From NCBI GenBank assembly GCA_016234935.1, contig JACRNL010000004.1, forward strand, positions 87,922 to 151,921: a DNA stretch of 64,000 nt. Direction: 5' to 3'. Positions within the stretch are counted from its first letter, which is position 1. Each line of letters opens with the position of its first letter. The translations under genes were made by a program, and so were the position numbers. Positions 60,847 through 64,000 of this stretch are shown piece by piece. The notes beneath the pieces are model-generated. The model saw nothing but the letters and a program-made list of their open reading frames with translations, made no database searches and was not told where the DNA came from. Source of the DNA: Deltaproteobacteria bacterium (GTDB taxonomy: Bacteria; Desulfobacterota; GWC2-55-46).

Positions 60847-60886
60847 AACTCCCCCGTTCCTTTTTAAAGGAGGGGGGAGTTTTTTA
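60847..60886 (+). terminator. intrinsic terminator
   Basis: AACTCCCCC..(CCTT TTTA AAGG)..GGGGGAGTT followed by TTTTTAT. Confidence 0.65.
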
Positions 60887-60918
60887 TCAGGCAGGCGCTC
60901 TCGCCGCTTCCCCCTGCC

Positions 60919-62346
60919 TCATGACGAACTGCGGCATAAAGCCTCGGATTTGCGAGGGAGCGTAAAATAGAAGGTCGCCCCTTCGCCGACCTTTCCATCC
61001 GCCCAGACGCGGCCTTTGTGGCGCTGTATGATGCTTCGGATGATGGCCAGCCCCGCGCCGGTGCCTTCAAACTCCTCTTCTCCGTGCAGCCTCTTGAAAA
61101 GGCCGAAAAGCCTGTCCGAATACCGCGAGTCAAACCCCACGCCGTTGTCCTTCACATAGTAAACATTTTCATTCGCATCGCTCCATCCGCCGGCTTCGAT
61201 GGCCGCTTTTTCCCTCGGCCTCGTGAACTTGACCGCGTTGGCGAGGAGATTGACGAACACCTGGCGTATCAATGTCCGCTCGCCCCTTGCGGCAGGAAGC
61301 TCTTTGACGGTGAACCGCGCCTTGCAATCGGGCATGGAGGCTTTGATATCATTGAATACGGCGGCGGCAAGCTCGCCCATGTCAATGTCGAGCAGATTCA
61401 TCTCACAGCGCTCAAGGCGCGCCAAATTCAAAAGATCGTCGATGAGCGTCTCCATCTTCCTGGTGTTCTTCCGGATGATGCCTAAGAACTTCTTATTGTC
61501 TTCATCGAGGTCATTGGCATGATCCCTGAGCATTATATTCGAAAAACCGTCTATCACCCTTGCCGGCGCGCGCAGGTCGTGCGCAAGGGAATAGCTGAAC
61601 GACTCAAGCTCCTTGTTTATGGTCTCAAGCCGGACGATCTTGTCCTGAAGCTCTTTGTTGAGCTCGTCAATTTTATCCTTCGCCAGCCTGTGCTCCAATA
61701 TCTCCCGCGAGAGATCCGCGTTAATCTCCCTTAAGTCGTCCGTGCGCCGCTCTACCAGCTTCTCAAGGTTTTCGTTAAGCGCCTTGAGCTGCGTCTGCGC
61801 CCTGCCGAGTTCAATATTCTGCCATATCACGTTTTCATAAGTTGAAAAGAGAAACATCAGGGTCTGCACGCGGCCGGTCTTTATTACGTAAAGTTTGTCC
61901 GCATATAAAACCTCAATGCATTCTTCTTTGGGCTTGTTCCTCATCTGTATCGAACTTTCAAGGAGGGCCCTGACCTTCGAAACAAGGTGGTCTTCATCGA
62001 ACGGCTTGGTGACGTAATTGTCCGCGCCGGCCTCAAGGCCGCGCAGGATGTCCGCAGGCTCGCTCATCCTTGTAAGCAGTATTATCGGAATGTCCCTGAA
62101 CTCTTCCGTCTGCTTTATCACGGCGCACATTTCGTAGCCGTCCATGACGGGCATCAGGATATCGCTTATAATCAGCGCGGGTTTTTTCTCCCGCATCATG
62201 GCCAGCCCCTCGGCCCCGTTCCTGGCAAGAGCGACCGTGAAGCCTTTGCGCTCCAACGCCCACTTGAGCCTCAACGCCTGCGTTTCGCTGTCCTCGACAA
62301 CGAGTATGTTTATCCCTGTTTTTTCAATTTCTTCAAGCGGCTTCAT
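60919..62346 (-). CDS. hybrid response-regulator/histidine kinase (REC, coiled coil, HisKA, HATPase)
   Basis: N-terminal receiver (ILVVEDSE..ISDILMPVMDG), H-box AHDLRAP, N-box LLANAVKF, DNGVGF, GTGAGLAI. Confidence 0.85.
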   Translation of the reverse strand: MKPLEEIEKTGINILVVEDSETQALRLKWALERKGFTVALARNGAEGLAMMREKKPALIISDILMPVMDGYEMCAVIKQTEEFRDIPIILLTRMSEPADILRGLEAGADNYVTKPFDEDHLVSKVRALLESSIQMRNKPKEECIEVLYADKLYVIKTGRVQTLMFLFSTYENVIWQNIELGRAQTQLKALNENLEKLVERRTDDLREINADLSREILEHRLAKDKIDELNKELQDKIVRLETINKELESFSYSLAHDLRAPARVIDGFSNIMLRDHANDLDEDNKKFLGIIRKNTRKMETLIDDLLNLARLERCEMNLLDIDMGELAAAVFNDIKASMPDCKARFTVKELPAARGERTLIRQVFVNLLANAVKFTRPREKAAIEAGGWSDANENVYYVKDNGVGFDSRYSDRLFGLFKRLHGEEEFEGTGAGLAIIRSIIQRHKGRVWADGKVGEGATFYFTLPRKSEALCRSSS

Positions 62347-62508
62347 TAATCTTCGCCTCCGGCAGCAGTCTTAATTTAACACAAAACGCCGCAATAGTGA
62401 ACAGTCATGCTGGGCGGCGCGCGGACAGGCGCGGCTCAAGAAGTCTGTTTTCAGCTGTGCGGAGGAATTTTGGGAGAAAGAAAATAAAGGCCGGCGGACG
62501 GGCAGAAT

Positions 62509-63027
62509 CTAACTGTAATGCCTGTCTCCTTGCGCGGCATATGACGATAACGTTATGCGAACACGTATCCCCCCGTAGCCGGGGGTGCGCTTTATCCCGA
62601 TTACCTCTTTGATCTTCATATCTTCCAGGTACGCGAACAGCAGCTCCCCTTTACGGGGAACGGTAGCGGTGATGGCCTCTATTTTTTCATTCCTGCACCG
62701 CGGGATGAGCGCTTCTTCCAGGGCGTTTTTAAGCCATGCGTGCGCCTCCATGCCCCTTTCCATCTTTTGCCTGTCTGTTTTATTAAATACCCTTGAAAAG
62801 GAAATATCCAGAGCGTCGGCCTTCGTTACCGCCTTTACCAGAAGAAGCCCTTTACCGTTATCGCAGACGAGATAATACGCTGAACGCCAAGGCCCGTAGA
62901 CCGCATACGGCGGCGTCATTTCCTTGGAAAAAACATCAAGCGCGTAGTCTCTGAAGTCGGCCATGTTGTCAAGCCATTCAAACCATCTGGAGGCCTCTTG
63001 GGCGCCTATCTGTTTTGTGTGGATCAC
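62509..63027 (-). CDS. hypothetical protein
   Basis: 172-aa ORF with ordinary composition. I recognise no motif. Confidence 0.45.
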   Translation of the reverse strand: MIHTKQIGAQEASRWFEWLDNMADFRDYALDVFSKEMTPPYAVYGPWRSAYYLVCDNGKGLLLVKAVTKADALDISFSRVFNKTDRQKMERGMEAHAWLKNALEEALIPRCRNEKIEAITATVPRKGELLFAYLEDMKIKEVIGIKRTPGYGGIRVRITLSSYAAQGDRHYS

Positions 63028-63100
63028 CGTTTAAGTTTAACATATAAAAAGCGGATGGCCATGCCGGTCCGATTTTTATTTCTTTTTTCCGGTTTTTATG

Positions 63101-63109
63101 TGCTATACT
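63101..63109 (+). promoter_or_regulatory. extended -10 promoter candidate
   Basis: TGCTATACT (TGn-TATACT), about 145 nt upstream of the helicase ATG. The -35 is weak. Confidence 0.4.
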
Positions 63110-63254
63110 GAAACTTCAGCCGGTAACCTCCAGTCGGTGCCCGCAGTGTAATGGGTGATTCTACTCTTCAAAACCTCACTCCGCACAACCTATAACAATA
63201 ACAGCCTTGATTGGCCCAACGACCTTGGGTAGGCTCTATTATGGAGCTATTGAT

Positions 63255-64000
63255 ATGTCATTTGAAAAACTCGGCCTCGAGGCCCGGCTGCTTGGCGCCG
63301 TGGCCGCCGAAGGCTACACCGCCCCCACACCCATTCAGGCGCAGGCTATCCCCGTGATACTTGCCGGGCGCGACGTCATGGGCGGGGCGCAGACAGGCAC
63401 GGGCAAGACCGCCGCATTCGCGCTGCCTATACTGCAACTGCTCGGCAAGGGCGAAAAGGGGCGTCTGCCGCGCGCCCTTATCCTCACTCCCACGCGCGAG
63501 CTGGCCGCGCAGGTGGCGGAAAGCTTTCGCGCCTACGGCAGGCAGACGCCGCTGCGCACGGCTGTAATCTACGGCGGAGTCGGCATAAACCCTCAGATAG
63601 AACAGCTGCGCAGGGGAATAGACATCCTTGTCGCGACGCCGGGGCGGCTCCTTGACCATGCCGGACAGGGCACATTGAACCTTTCCAATGTCGAGATATT
63701 AGTGCTTGACGAGGCGGACCGTATGCTGGACATGGGCTTTATCCCGGACATACGCAGGATATTCAAGCTCCTGCCGGCCAAACGCCAGAACCTTCTGTTT
63801 TCCGCCACATACTCAAACGAGATAAAAACGCTGGCCGACGGGCTTCTGCACAATCCTGAGCTTATCGAAGTCGCGCGCCGGAATACCGCGGCGGAGACGG
63901 TCACGCATGTGGTGCATCCGGTGGGGCATACCCGTAAGCGCGAACTTCTCTCTCACCTTATAAAAGGCGGGAACTGGAACCGCGTGCTTGTCTTCACGCG
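63255..64000 (+). CDS. DEAD-box ATP-dependent RNA helicase (RhlE-like); C-terminus beyond the window
   Basis: Absent from the track because it is open at the edge. My translation: [22 protein letters not shown] (Q motif), [29 protein letters not shown] lies 8 nt upstream. Confidence 0.9.
   Translation, partial: MSFEKLGLEARLLGAVAAEGYTAPTPIQAQAIPVILAGRDVMGGAQTGTGKTAAFALPILQLLGKGEKGRLPRALILTPTRELAAQVAESFRAYGRQTPLRTAVIYGGVGINPQIEQLRRGIDILVATPGRLLDHAGQGTLNLSNVEILVLDEADRMLDMGFIPDIRRIFKLLPAKRQNLLFSATYSNEIKTLADGLLHNPELIEVARRNTAAETVTHVVHPVGHTRKRELLSHLIKGGNWNRVLVFT

Noticed and set aside
1-64000. tRNA or rRNA genes, transposases, integrases and prophage genes.
   Set aside because: I scanned the intergenic gaps longer than 100 nt and the ORF list. 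I found no cloverleaf-like or rRNA-like sequence and no recombinase motif. The repeats therefore have no visible mobilising enzyme in this window.

Overview
This is a 64-kb chromosomal segment that looks GC-rich by eye (not computed). About 60 of the 65 genes I can support lie on the minus strand.

The backbone is housekeeping:
- a PAS kinase with an NtrC-type regulator
- a phosphofructokinase with the PPi-type signature
- a CRP/FNR regulator followed by a HAMP kinase
- radA
- a HEAT protein and HD-GYP pair
- metF and purQ-purS-purC-purB
- a complete V/A-type ATPase operon in archaeal gene order (H-I-K-E-C-F-A-B-D)
- cimA, lysC, lpdA
- tsaE-nnr-acpS-pdxJ, glmM-cdaR-cdaA-folP-ftsH
- der, era, cstA, rimO, and a DEAD-box helicase cut by the right edge

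Gene content and synteny suggest an anaerobic Desulfobacterota-like organism. That is a low-confidence inference.

Four small islands that look AT-richer interrupt the backbone:
- an MNT antitoxin with a decayed HEPN partner (33.4-33.9 kb)
- an orphan with an RNxxxH (HEPN-like) motif (36.95-37.5 kb)
- a C-M-R type II restriction-modification cassette between era and der (49.6-51.5 kb)
- a 1.2-kb BrnT/BrnA island bracketed by duplicated terminator hairpins (55.2-56.5 kb)

The most unusual feature is in the intergenic DNA. At least five families of short palindromic repeats (here called A to E, plus minor ones) recur through the window.
- They are nested inside one another: C in B, B in A, D in C.
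- Family A docks on stop codons.
- In several cases a repeat is read as the C-terminal codons of a conserved gene, and once as an in-frame insertion inside rimO.

I saw no rRNA, tRNA, CRISPR array, transposase or integrase. Coordinates of features I indexed by hand may be off by 1-2 nt.
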